Source: Eledone cirrhosa (Eukaryota). Taken from it: a DNA stretch of 64,000 bases. The notes under the pieces were generated by a model, which made no database searches, was not told the origin of the DNA, and saw only the letters and a list, made by a program, of their open reading frames with translations. The stretch lies in contig OZ024742.1 of assembly GCA_964016885.1 (NCBI GenBank), positions 331,142,001 to 331,206,000 on the forward strand, in the 5' to 3' direction. Position numbers and translations under genes: made by a program. Position 1 is the stretch's first letter. Each line of letters opens with the position of its first letter. This document shows, in pieces, positions 41,688 to 55,948 of the stretch.

Positions 41688-41873
41688 AATTGTTTCTACT
41701 TTTGGCACAAGGCCAGCAATTACCCAGTGCATTACTGGTACTTTATTTTATCGACCCCGTAAGGATGAAAGGCAAAGTCAACCTCGGCGGGATTTGAACT
41801 CAGATCGTAAAGGGACGTAACTATGCTGGAAAGCATGGCGTCCGACCCTCTACCGATACTGCCAATCCACCGC
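41688..41873 (-). mobile_element. tRNA-derived SINE with Pol III A/B boxes and a Meta-domain-like core; possible 12-bp TSD
   Basis: Minus strand: A box TGGCAGTATCGG, B box GAGTTCAAATCCC, core GCCTTTCATCCTTACGGGGTCGATAAAATAAAGTACC. ctatatattaat occurs on both sides (41679, 41873). Confidence 0.88.
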
Positions 41874-42999
41874 TATATATTAATGTTTCTCTGTGCTTGT
41901 CGCTGTCATCTATGTCGGGTATAATTAGCTTTAACATGTCTTTGTGTTGAATGTGTCTGAGCTTACCTGGCCCTAGTATAAATATCACACTATACTTTAT
42001 ATGAGTGTGTATTTATTTGTATTTTTCAGTCCATATTGAACATGTATACAATGTAAAGGATTCCAACCGTCAAAACTCCCATTTCGATTTGTGTCTGGAA
42101 GGATATTGTTAGATACAGTCTTCTTTAACATAGACACTAAGTCTGATGTGGAATATATTCCTTTTTGTATTTCTAGTTGAGCAACCACGTAATAACTTCA
42201 CTATTAACTCATTGTGTTTTTTAAACAGATGGGAAATATATAAGATTATACTGCATTATGACTGTATTTCTGTATGTGAGTGTAATATAAGCATCATATG
42301 CAATTTGCTTTATATCATATGGGTGTGCATGTGACTATCACTGATGTGTTTGGATCTGTCAAGGCGCAGTGAAATTACGAGCGTAACGTTGTGGGTTCGT
42401 TTCGGAGACTGTCTTCTTGTGCAAGGTGTTTCATTTCTCGTTCCTTGTCATGCTATGACTGAAACCGCTACACAGGAAACCAAACATTAGATGCAATAAT
42501 AAAAGTAGTTTCTAAATTGGTATAGGTTTGCACTGTAAATTCCATTTTCCTTGTATTATATGTGTCTGTGTTGTTGAATAATGTGTGTCTAAATCTGTGT
42601 AGGTGAATATATCTAGCATCTTATTTTTTTTATAGGATTGATTGTGCCAATGTACATATATGCATGTTTAACTGAACGTGTTGCGATGTGTTTGTGTATT
42701 TATGTATGTTTATTCGTGTTTGTATATAGTGTACGTTTTCTACGATACACATAATTATATCCAGTATTTGGTCAGCTTTCGTATTATTGCCGCCCAACTA
42801 TTTCTTTCTTGCGCTCTACCCACACTATTCCTCTCTCCCCTCATATATATCTCTCTCAATTCCACTTTACTCTATGCCTAAATAATTTGAATAATTGTTT
42901 TCTATTCCTCCACTAAGCTGACTGTAACGTATCCGTGCTAGTTCTGCCGTGTGCTCACGTCTGTGTATGACGCTGGAACACATGCGTATGTCGATACGT

Positions 43000-43295
<296 letters not shown>

Positions 43296-44593
43296 TTTAT
43301 CATTCACTGTTGTATTTTTTGTATGAGTTACGCTCATTTTTGTAGCTGATGTTAATGTACTTGTTGTGCTTGATATTTCGGCCGTGGACAGTTTGTCTTT
43401 TCTCACATGAAAACCATGACAGTACACATCATCGAATACACCTTTCTATAAATGATAAGGGTGACACTGGAGAGAGATTAGTTTCCTGTTACAAGCAAGT
43501 TGGTTTACGTTATGGATTTCCTCTTTATTTGTCTATGAAGGTTGGTATGTGAATTTAGTTGTATAGAGGTCCATTGAAGCTCATATGTGTAATTGATTAC
43601 TTTCGATACCATACAGAATTGTTTCCTTAAATTTTGTGATTGACTGGATATGCTTAAATACAGTGCATTGGCCGTTTCTGTATGTTTGTGTATGCATGTG
43701 TTCATGTGTGTATGTGTGCGTGTTAATATATCGGTAAGTGTGAGGAGGGGTGTCTGCTAGTGTAGGTAAGTGTATTTGTTGTCAGAGTGTGACCGTTTTC
43801 CAAATTGGCTAAAGAGAGCATCTTTATCGCTTATCTTACTATTTACATGCCAATTATATATCTGTTAGGATTCATCGTTGTGACCGTAATTCAAGAAACT
43901 TGTGAAGTCGTGGAGAGCATATATTTATAAAGCCCCCTTTGGTAGACATGTGTTTATGGGGCTTGGAAACTTAAAAAGATTATATATTGTAGGTAGAAAA
44001 TAATATTTTCATTGGAATTCCTGAAAGAAATGAAGTCCAAATTATCGGTTAAAAAATAAACCTAGAAACGAATTGAAAATTAAAAAGCAAAACATTACTG
44101 TTTGATATGATTCTTTAGCCTGGCGACTAGTTATGGCTGTTCCTTGTGAGAGCAAGTTTTACATCCGTGTATGGGCCAGTGGCCACGGAAAGGAGTAGTT
44201 CCCCTAGTGTATCTAACATATATTTCCGAAATACATCGCATACACCAGTTGATGTATTATGCAAATGTCCTATATGCATGTATGTATAAATATACTTTCC
44301 GCTCATATATTTGAAGTTGTTTGAATGTTAATCCTTAAGATATATCGTGCGTTGTTGTTATTGGTATTAAGGTCACCTTGATAAAAAATCATACTACCTG
44401 AGATGAAACCGTATGGAAGATAAACAGCAAATAGCTTGAACAATGTTTTTCAATGCATCTTTTATTTCTAAGGTTGTGATTTTTCCGGGGTTAGTTATTT
44501 GCTATTTAGTTGCTGTAAAATTACGCAATGCCTATCTGCATGTTTACGTATAATAACTTAATGTGAGTACGTCACCGTATTTTCTTAGCGAAG

Positions 44594-44636
<43 letters not shown>

Positions 44637-45429
44637 TAATCCGTATTCCCTTCTTTGTGATTAATAAAGGACATTGTATATGTGATTTGAAGTATTGTCT
44701 CAAGTTTGTTTTGTTTGCTGATGTGCTTGATTGTATTTATGTCATGTTTGGGGAGTAACGATTCTGAATGTCTCATTGTTTTTTGTAACAACCATAATTA
44801 CATGCTTTGCAATTTTCTATATTTATTTGTATACATATCGGTGTGTAACTCTATATACATTTAAACACACTACAATACACACAATTACAATGCATTTTTC
44901 TCTGTAGGCATGATCCCATGATAAGAAGTTCACGTTCGAATCATTGAGAAAAAGGTAATTTCTCCTAATCTCTCCCACATTTTGCATGATCATTTTACAT
45001 ATATTTTGACGATTGTAAACATATCCTATCAGTTTTATATAATATCATTTTGATTCGACTGTAATCAAAATAGAAAGTAGGGAATTACGAATACAAACAA
45101 TCAAATTATGAAATCGCAAGCCTCCCAGTTTGTATGATGGTCCATGTACCTAGCAATTATGGTAGAGGTGGAATATGTAATATGAATCAAAAATTAAACC
45201 ACCAAATATTACTGCAGTATTTGATAGAACGAGTATCAGGATATTACATATAAAGGCGATTGTAGGCACATATGTATGCATTACCTCCTGTAGATCATTG
45301 AACCTGACACTACATATATATCGGAAATGTCCACACGAAAAGATATGGATATATCTATCTATCTATCTCTTTCTCCCTCTCTCTCTCTATCTCCCCCTCT
45401 CTATCTCTCTTTATATATATATATATACA

Positions 45430-45622
45430 TAACGAAGAAGTTGTGGTAGGAACCAGATGGACCATAACGTACCAGAGTACTCAGTACGTAGGGTAGTAGA
45501 GTTGGTAATAGGAAAAAGTGTAACCCCGACGGCAGTGTTCAAGCCGTTCTGGACGTCCAGAAATGGCCGTCGAAACGGCTTGAGCTCTGCCGTCGGGGTT
45601 AAACTTTTTCCTATTAGCAATC
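45430..45622. mobile_element. Solo Penelope-like terminus with a GC-rich fold-back, embedded in (TA)n
   Basis: 45430-45487 is the reverse complement of ~61930-61990. 45506-45617 is palindromic and matches 60581-60640. Confidence 0.65.
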
Positions 45623-45662
45623 TATATATATATATATACGCACACACACACACACATACACG

Positions 45663-45708
<46 letters not shown>

Positions 45709-46550
45709 TACAAATGCACATACATCTGTATATATATGTATGTGGATGTGTGGGTTGATGTGTTCATTTGTTGTCAATCAAATAAAAAATAAAACGTTAG
45801 CCTACGTCATATTTTGCTCCATTATGTTCCGTACCGTGTTTTTCTGTGACGTCTTTCACGAATGCCTCCTATGGTATGAACAATGTTTTCTCCAATAGTG
45901 GGTCCAGCAATAATTAAAAAGAAACTGGATAGTGTCTATAACAATTTGAGGAATGCTGAGTGAACATCGTGTTATATTTGCCACCTGTTGTATTTGTTTC
46001 TGCCTCTGTTTTGCCAAATGCAATACACCGTTAGCCAGACAGACGAGGAAAGAGGGCATGGGAAATCAAGTATTCAGCCAGCCATGCATAGGGAATTATT
46101 AAATAGTTCGCACTACAAAACCTACCATTTGTGGCGGCTACCATGCTAATATCTTTTTTTTCAACTGGCACCTATTCGTGGAATTAACATGCCAGTAGCT
46201 GAGCATTTCACAGACACGCATACCTTTAACGGAATTCTCAGCCAGATTCAGTGCGACAACATATGTGACAGCAAGAGTGGCTTTTATTTAAAGATTTAAT
46301 GCATTTAGTTGTTCCGAATTTGATTGCCTTTATATGCTCATATTTTTCATTTGCTTCTTCCGCATTCGAATAGTTTTCTTATATAAAAATTGATACTAAT
46401 GCTGGCTTCCAATATTATATATCCTCCTAATGTTCTTATGACAAACTTCTGATATTATATTTGTGTTTTAACCTTTATTATATGTGAAACGATCGTAAGT
46501 GATTAAATGTTTTCAACACGCCTTTATTGTTATTTGTAATGTATTTATAA

Positions 46551-46581
<31 letters not shown>

Positions 46582-46807
46582 TACTTAAACTAATATGTGT
46601 ATCTTTTGAAATGTTTGTGCGTCACCACACCCAGGCTGTTATTCTTTATTACTAAGTACTATACCGAATAATATTTCGTTAGCCTTTTGATGGTGATAGT
46701 TCTACTCTTCATAATTCAACCACCTATCTAGACGTCGGTGAATCTCTCGTAGTACTTAACTCGAATACACATTATTTTAATCTTCATACACTAGCATATA
46801 GGCTATG

Positions 46808-46952
<145 letters not shown>

Positions 46953-47207
46953 GTAATCGAGTAATCCTCTCTCTATCTTTCTGTCCCTCTCCCAGGTGAT
47001 CTCCCATTACCTCTCTCTGTATGTACGTATATGTATATATGTACGTATATGCATACCTATCAAATTCACTGCATATTAATGTAACAATCTAAACACTTTG
47101 CTATGTCTGCGTTTCACTATTCGATTATCTATACATTCAGGCACACATCTATGTATGTGCACACGAATATAAATATATGAGTATATATATATATACAAAA
47201 ATAAGTA

Positions 47208-47258
<51 letters not shown>

Positions 47259-47310
47259 AATTATGTGTTCCTGCATGTAAATAATACATTTCTTTATTTG
47301 CTTTTCCTTG

Positions 47311-47351
<41 letters not shown>

Positions 47352-47630
47352 GACCCTATGTGTGTGTGTTTGTGAGTGCGCGTGCATGTATGTGTTTGTT
47401 TGTGTCTGTGAGTATAACATCATCTAGCTTGCAATTTCTTTAATTGTTGTTTAGATAGATGAAGCTGTCAGTCATACTATCCTTCGGCTCTCTGTATATC
47501 TAAAATAAAATATGATTGTCTGCAAATTTAACAGACAGCTTCCGTCTTAGCTATCATTTCATAAAGTCTACTGAAAATTCACACTAAGAGATACACACAA
47601 CCACACACACAAACGCGCGCGCGCACACAT

Positions 47631-47662
<32 letters not shown>

Positions 47663-48719
47663 GATTATATATATATATCTGTGAATGCATATATTTATGT
47701 AACATTGTATGTATTATGTAAGAGTGTATATATGTCGGTACGTATGTATGTATATATGTGTAGATGTGTATGCAAGCACACTTACGTGCATGTGTGTAAA
47801 TGCCTATGGCACAAACATAAGCACAATACCTTGGAAAAAGTGATTTTGTAAGAACATATAGCGAGTGTATATATATATGCGTATCAACCAATGACCTTAA
47901 TCATACAGAGGATTAGTATCAGTTTATTCATTTTGCTAATGGAAAAACATATATTAATAAGAGATACATAAATAAATACAGATTGTTCTAGGAAAAAATA
48001 CTTTTTGCAATTTCTCAGTTACTTCAATACTACCTTTGTTGATTTCCATATTATATTCTAAATATTTTGTATACTTTTTAGATGAGGACACTCTATATTT
48101 TCTGTATGAATGATGGAGATGAACGTGATGATATGATGATGGTGTTAACGGTGATGAAGATCATGTTGGTGATGTTGGGGATATTCGTGATGATGATTAA
48201 GATATTATCGCTATTGTTGTTGTTAATATGTTATATTTGCTTGTAGATGATGATGATAATGATAATGACGATGTTAATGGTGGCGACTATGTTTAAGGTG
48301 ATGATGTTGTTGTTGTTTTCTTTGTCGTTGCACGTGTTACTGATGTGTTGGTGATGCTGAAGTTATTATCTTACTTTTGTTGTGGTTATTGTTCGTTCCT
48401 GTTTTGAATCAGCTTACCTTTCATGTGAGTCGATATTTCAGTACGATTTGCTTGCATTACAATAAAACCACAAACACGATACTTGTTATAAAAGCCTACC
48501 AATGTCCACTATTAATAAATATTTTCAGAATTGGTAGAGAAGTGCCACAAAATAGACGGCGGTGTTTAGTAACGTTTTGTTACTTCTTTGTTTTCTTTTT
48601 TAGTCTCCATTCAAATCTCCCCGGCTTCAAACTTGTCTTTCATCTAGTTAGATTCTATAACATAAATGTTTTTTTAACATGAGTAGAAAGCCATGAATTT
48701 GTTTTGGTTGAATAATTAT

Positions 48720-48830
48720 AATCGACGTAATCGAACCCAAGTACGTCACGGGTATTTTATTTTATCGATCGCGGAAGGATGAAAGGCAACACTTGACATC
48801 GGAGGGATTTGAATGCAGAAGGTAAACCAT
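48720..48830 (-). mobile_element. Decayed SINE copy of the same family
   Basis: tttatcgatcgcggaaggatgaaaggcaacacttgacatcggagggatttgaa. Confidence 0.7.
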
Positions 48831-49175
48831 AAATATCGAAGCTGCAGATTTGCATTTGCACTTTATAAAAACGGAATGTTACAAAGAAAACGTACGGTAT
48901 AAATTTCTATGCTGCGTCTATACATGATATATTTCTACGAGAATGTTATACTATCGCATTGACATAGAAAAGTTTCAAGTTGGCATTCTATTTTTATATT
49001 GGAATGCAGTATCCTCTAATGTTTGACTAGTTTGTATCACGATCGTAATTTGGACACCTTCGTATGGAATATATGTGTAATTCAAGGGGCAAATATTGTC
49101 ACACACAGTCATGTTGAATATCCCTTGTATTTGATGCCACATATATTAATCTTCTACCATAGAATCTAACATAAT

Positions 49176-49363
49176 AATTGTTTCTACTTTTGGCACAAGG
49201 CCAGCAATTACCCAGTGTATTACTGGTACTTTATTCTATCGATCCTGTAAGGATGAAAGTCAAAGTTAACCTCGGTGGGCTTTGAACTCAGACCATAAAT
49301 GGCCGTAACTCTTTGCTGCAAAGCATGAGGTCCGACCCTCTACCGATACTGCCAATCCATCGC
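49176..49363 (-). mobile_element. tRNA-derived SINE, close sibling of 41688-41873
   Basis: Collinear over its whole length with the 41688 copy. Confidence 0.88.
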
Positions 49364-51453
49364 TGATATATTAATAGTGCGATTCCAGAAAATATTTCCC
49401 TAAAGCAATAGTTTTGTAACCTGTGGTAGTATTACAACTTACCGTAATATTATACGCTATTACGGGAGGTTGACCTGCTGATAACTCGAAATAACAATGC
49501 ATATATGATTCTTGAGGGATTTGTCTAAATCAGATTAAAACTGGTTATAACATGTGTGGTATACTTCCTCAATGACGTTTTAAAGATAGCTTAACCATAC
49601 ATGATTTTCTATCTGCATTTTTAAAAATATATCACAGAACCTATCATCAAACACGTACAAATGTTTCAACTAGCAAAATGAATGTTATAAATACGGAGGA
49701 GTATTATAGCAATTAACAACTTCGTTGACAAACACATTTAAAATTCCGTCTTATGTGTCTCTAGATGGTATCGTAGAGGCTCTGTCGTAATACACTGTGT
49801 TTCCTGGACATTTTAAAACTGGGTCTGAAGACTGGCTTTTGTCAAGGAAAGAAAGATAGAGAGATATAGAGAGAGGAGGAAGAGGGAGAGAGAGAGAGAG
49901 AAAGCGTGATGGACGAAGGAAGATACTAGATATGGAAGAAAATTAAACTCAGTAAGAAATTGGTACTTTTATAATAAACTGTGAATGGGGGAAAAGGTGT
50001 TGACATCGGCGGGATTACAACACAGGGACTCAAATGGTTTTGTTAATTCGTGGGCTATGGTGCCTTAAATATCCCAAAATACCTGGAGAGCTATTGATGA
50101 CAAGACGAACAGAAGCGACAGAATTTGAAAGGGATACGATATCTGAACATGTCCCTCACCACAGGTTTGCCTTATCATACCATAATTTTGATGAATATGT
50201 TTTATATTTCATACATCCAAATAATATTGAATGGAGGGAGATTAGCAGGGTATATATTAAGGTTACCAATCAAAATATGTGAGTCGTGCCTAATTTATAC
50301 ATAGTACCTTATGGAGATAATCGTGTGTGGTGATGCAAAAGTTATGGCTTGAGAGGCATACTGCATTAAGAATAAGAATGTCTGATAAAGAGAGAGTGAT
50401 TTCCAATGACAGACAATTGAATTGAAGATGGCTGTATAAAAAGCAACTAATTTACGGACGTATGTTAGTTACTGCGACCATTCTCATTTTTACTAAAGCA
50501 GAAATAATCCAAGGAAAATTATATGTACTGATTTTGTCAGCGCCTGTTAGCAATATGATTGATTGACAAAGCTAGTCACGCCAACATTTAAAGGGTATTC
50601 GTGTCACCAAGAATAAACTTATATTAAAAAAGAATTCCCACGGATCACCCGCTTCATTTACTATCCACCAAACTGGTTATAAGCATAACGTTAATAATCG
50701 AAAGAGGGGAAGGAGTATTCTTCTAGGCGTATAGGAGCACATCATATATGTATAACATATTCGCTTTACAAATTATTTGAGAGTTTGAAATTTAACTCAA
50801 GAACACTCAGTTCTAACTTTACAAATACATAAGGTCTGCTGGTCCCAGGCAGGGAACCTCTGTCGTTACACAATGCACACAGGCTCATTGATATACAATA
50901 TCACGAGTTAAGTGATTATCAAGTCAATTTCTTATTATTTCAGATAACCTATCCTGGAGTCGTAGATACACTGTCTGGCACATGTTGTCTCGGATGATTT
51001 AAAGTTGGTAGAGCCCATGCCAATCGTGGTTTAATACATCCAATGTTTTCCAGTTAATGAGGGGAAAGAAGAATCAGCACCACCATTGTACTGGTACTTT
51101 GGTTAAGTACCCCGGGATGAATATGAAAGCATGCCACCGAGCATTATTCACGACACCAAATTCAATATGCCGAAGCATAACTTTGTTTTTCTCATACAAT
51201 GGTTGATGAATGACAGCGAGGATTATATTTGAGATAAAAAGAAATTGTTTTAATAGATGCAATAGTGCAATATATATTCTCAAATTTGTAGTTTTCCCAT
51301 GGATATATTATGTAAAGATTACATATCTTTATACAAATTGTCGCTTTAAATATATGAAACCCCATGACATTAAGACTGCATTTGTATCTTAGGTTTATTA
51401 AACAAGAATGTATAGAGAATACCAAAATAAATCTAGGAAAAAGAATATTGTAA

Positions 51454-51630
51454 CATCATCATATTCATCATCAAAATCACCGTTATCACCATCACCAACA
51501 TCGGTATAATCATCATAATCATCCACATCATAATCATCATCACCAATATCATCATCATGGTAATCATCATCATCATCATCATCATCCTCATCATCATCGC
51601 TATCAGGATCACTATCGATATCATCATCAG
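51454..51630. repeat. Degenerate (CAT)n tract
   Basis: Directly visible. Confidence 0.9.
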
Positions 51631-52555
51631 CAGTACAAATATAAACTCTCAGAAACTTGGCAAAGGATGTGTACGACGGTTAAAATATAAATATATATGT
51701 ATATAATCTTTATTCATCTCAATGTCCATTTTTATTTGAAAATATGCATATATAATCAATTAATAAACAGAAGAAAATAAAGATATTAATGACACATTAA
51801 AACTGCTTGAAACTGCCAATATCCACTGGGGCTACGATACTCTCTAAAGACTTCAGATCTGATGAACAAAAAATGTTATTTTAATTATGAAATGATTCAT
51901 ATCAGGAAATATAAATCATGTGAACAAATAAAAATGATAATAATAATAATATTTTATATAGTCAAAGTGTTTGATATTTTGATAGATCGGTAATGTCGCT
52001 GAAATCGTTACCAATATTTGATCAGTACTTATCTAATTGAAATCAAGAGAAGAAATCATTGTCGACCTGGGTGATATGAGAAATTCGAACGTTAAAGAAT
52101 GTTATTTAATATTCATGCATATTGTGTGCCATTCTGACATACATCTTATTCGACGCCAGATAATAATTATAGCAGGTATGCATGTGCATGGGGTTTCTAT
52201 GCTATATACGACTCTTAGTGAAAGGTCTTCTAATGCAACCTTCGATTGGCCAATGCGTCGTCAGTGAAATTAGGTGTACAGAAACTGCCTACTTTCGCCT
52301 TATATATATATAAATGAAGGTAGTTAATAACTCATACTGAAACCCTGTAATTAAGAAGATCAAACTATAAATACTGAGAATTATAATAATAATATATACA
52401 GCAATAAACACAGTAAATCGTGTGTCTAATATTACGAGGGTTGAAGAACCACATTTGTTTGAAATATTTAACCATGAAACAGACAGAATGATATAAATAT
52501 TAATACAGACCGCCTCAATAACGCTACACACTATAAAATAGACACACTACTACTA

Positions 52556-54440
52556 CTACTCTACTACTATGAACATAGCAAAAAATATAAATAGCATTAA
52601 TAATAGAAACTTAAATTTAAACCCTAACCAAACTAACAAAATAGCAATAATAATATTTCTAACAACAATATTCTGAACAACAATAACTCCTGTAAATGTA
52701 ACTAGAATCAAATCAAATGTAATGTTCCCATTACAAAATAATTGTTTAGACAAAAACGTAGTTTATAAATGCACAGTTAAAACTAGAGACAAAGTATTTA
52801 ACTATATTTGTGCCACTTCAACAACATTCAAAGAACGCTTAAATAACCATAAACACACAAATAAGAGATCCGACAAAAAATATTCTACTTCACTTTCACA
52901 TTTAATTTGGATCTTAAAAGACAACAATATAGACTATTCAATATCTTGGAGAACAATTTCGAAAGCACCTGCATACTGAAATATGGCTTTATCAAGATTC
53001 TGTAAATTGTGTACCGAAGACATTTTTTTATATAATTAACTGTCAAAACTCTGTTAATCCCAGAACAGATTTATTTTCTTCTTGCAGACATCGCCAAAAT
53101 TCCACGTTCAGAATTATTTTTAATTTATTATATTCCTAAGCACCTTCAAAATTCTACCTTTCTAAAAATGTAAATGTAATTTGTTTTTCATATTTTTAAT
53201 ATTCTTAATATTTTTTAATATTTTTAATATTTCTAAATTTTTTAATATCTCTAATATTTTTAATATTTTTAATATATATATTTAATATTTTAATTCCGAC
53301 ATTATTTTAATTCTGACATTATTTTTCTAAGGACAACCCTCTAAATATATATTTTAGATATAGATTGATAATCTTTAAATGACATTCTGAAAATGTATCT
53401 TCATTACGATAGATCTTCCAAAAGCACATTACATTTTTCCTCTCGCATTTTGTTATTCAAAAATTCACACATCTTTCGACTAAAATAATTGATCTCACAC
53501 GAAATAATATATAATTTTCTATATATATTTTGGAGTAAATCACTCATCAAATGTAACGGTTAACAAACAAAATTGGAGTTATCTTTCACTTCTCAATCGT
53601 GCAAACATAAACATATTACGTTTATAACTTCGTGCAAACATAAACATATTACGTTTATAACTTCGCTAAATTAACAATATTTCTGAAAACATTTTCACAG
53701 TTGAACAACATATTTGAATCCACATATTGTTCTACTCTCACAACTTGAACAACCTATTTTTAAGTAAAATACAAATCAACACCCCTCGTAACTCATATTT
53801 GATATATAAACAACTAATAATTGTAAATTATCTGTATCTCTATAATACTAATACATATGCTATTATTAATCTCTCTATATATATACATATAACCTATCGT
53901 AATGTAATAAGATAACAATACTTGCAATCATAATTCTTCATATAATCTAATTGATTATATATACAATATTACAACACATAATATAGGTAAATAAATGTAA
54001 ATTTAAACACTGCAATCATATTCCACTTTTTACCCCTTTCTCCTCTTTCCTACGAATACAATAACTTATCATAATTATTTAAATTTTCCATAGCGTCTAC
54101 AATAACGTTTTTTTTCAACCATGAACCTCATTTGCATACTTATCTTAATAATTCGAAATAACTGACTTTTCTTCTCCTATCACTACACTATCCAAGGACA
54201 ACTTGAACCGTTAACGTATATTGTCATTGGTTATGTCAAAATTTATAAAACACACTTCGTATTTTATCTGATGATTGGAATCCTTGAAATATATATAATA
54301 TAATAAATATAGTTTCCATTTATTTAATATCATTGTATATTATACTCCAGAAAACCAGTCGAGTGCTGAGAATCAGTTATAAACATTTATATGTGTTGAA
54401 TTACAAACATATTAATATCCCTTCTGCTTATATTTATATA
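52556..54440 (+). mobile_element. Penelope-like 5'-truncated copy (GIY-YIG, 3' UTR and pLTR), sibling of 38390-40270
   Basis: CLDKNVVYKCTVK..FNYICATSTTFKERLNNHKHT..TSLSHLIW..ISWRTISKAPAY. The 3' UTR is shared with the 38390 copy. Confidence 0.88.
54260..54303 (+). ncRNA. Degenerate minimal hammerhead ribozyme motif
   Basis: TATTTTAT-CTGATGA-ttggaatcctt-GAAA-T-ATAT-A-TA-ATATAATA. Core and stem I are present, but stem II is poor. Confidence 0.45.
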
Positions 54441-54470
54441 TATATAGGTATGTGTGTGTGTGTGTGTAGT

Positions 54471-54501
<31 letters not shown>

Positions 54502-54629
54502 GTAGGAGGTGAGTTTTATTGTAGTACAATAAAGCAATGCAGATATCGGATAAGAAGCACTCTACAGTTTGTAGGACTGGAGTATACATAATATATAAGA
54601 TCAAAAGATGGTTAAAGGAGTTCCATGTA

Positions 54630-54696
54630 TTTTATTATGCGCATTTCAAAAACGAACATCATCATGCAATAATATTTGTATTTTCATCAGATAAAA
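54630..54696 (-). ncRNA. Minimal hammerhead ribozyme in the pLTR
   Basis: Reverse-complement sibling of 60228-60294 with intact CTGATGA and GAAA-TGCGCA-TA. Confidence 0.8.
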
Positions 54697-55842
54697 CAGG
54701 AGAACATGATATGAAGGCTAAAAAACACTTGTGGATAGTGCAGTTTTAAATCAACATATGAAAAGTGGTTTTAGACTGATGTGTGATATTGGGAAAAATA
54801 TTTTATTTAGAGAGGGGGGGGGGGAAGTATGAAAAAGGGGAGGAGATGAGAGTGAAGGTGGAGAGGGAGAGATGGGTGATAGAGAGAAAGAGATAGTTTT
54901 TATAACTGAGAAAAGATATATTGTTTTACATAGAGAGGTTGAGAACCGTTGGAAGATAATGTATAAATTAAAAGAATTTGAAAATTAACGAAGGGAAAAA
55001 TATGTACGAGGAAAGAGAGGGAGTTGATATGTATGAAGATAGAGAGAAAAAATAATAATTGCGGATGAATATTCTAACGTCAAAAGGTGTATGTTTATAA
55101 GTATTGTGGCAATTTCAAAATTAACGAAGAGAAAAAATTATTAAGGTTTGTGCGTAGAAGGATTTGAGAAAAATAATGTGAAGTTAAAGTTTGTATATTG
55201 AAGGAATTGATATGTGCGAAGAAAGAGTTAATATGTGTTAAACAAATTATTAAGTTTTGTGTATTAGATGATTTGAGAAAAATAATGGGAAGTTAAGGTT
55301 TGTATGTTGAAGGAATTGATAATATGTGCGAAGAAAGAGTTAATATGTATTAAGAATGAGTTCGTTGATGGGGAGAAAAAAATAATAAATTAAGGATGAA
55401 ATTGAGATTAAAAAGTTTTATGATAGAGAGAAAAAAATAATAATAATTGCGGATGAATATTCTAACGTCAAAAAAAAACAAATGTATATGTTATGAAGGA
55501 TTTTACAAGGTGAAGATAGAATGAGGATAATGAATAAACAAGTATTATAGAGTGTATAATGCCCTTTGAAGTAAGGTAGGAAGATGGGTATATTTTAAAG
55601 AGGTGTATGTATATGTGCCTTTGAGAAAAGATTCTAAATTGATAAAGAATTGAATATTAGCTGTATACTTTGTGAAAAGTCCTATGTAATTTATGCAGGC
55701 AGATAGAAAACAAATCTGTACGTCTATTTATTATAGAATCTAGATTAGAGATAATGGTAAATTTTTCATTTAGGCAGAGATTACAGATTTTAGATAGAGG
55801 GCTGTTCAAGTATGAGGACGCAGAAGAAACCTTCTTCCAAAA

Positions 55843-55948
55843 GATGGTATATTTAGGTTCAATTTAGGTTCGATGGTATATTTAGGTTCGATGGTATATT
55901 CGATGGTATATTTAGGTTCGATGGTATATTTAGGTTCAATTTAGGTTC
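55843..55948. repeat. Short tandem array made of the deletion-junction sequence
   Basis: gatggtatatttaggttc x4, gatggtatattc x1, aatttaggttc x2. Confidence 0.95.

Noticed and set aside
41760-41873. tRNA gene
   Set aside because: A and B boxes are present but no cloverleaf. It is the head of a multi-copy SINE.
42030-42190. Possible exon after a ttttcag acceptor, and a similar site at ~50944
   Set aside because: No recognisable protein and no convincing donor. Such sites are expected by chance in AT-rich DNA.
44908-44954. 47-bp segment with good splice acceptor (tttctctgtag) and donor (AAG|gtaatt)
   Set aside because: All three frames contain stops and no partner exons are evident. It could only be supported by RNA data.
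52438-52475. ttgaaga..gaaa hammerhead-like string
   Set aside because: The core is mutated and there are no convincing stems I or III.
55843-55948. CRISPR-like or telomeric array
   Set aside because: No spacers, eukaryotic context, and the units derive entirely from the element's own deletion junction. The embedded TTTAGG comes from the ORF.
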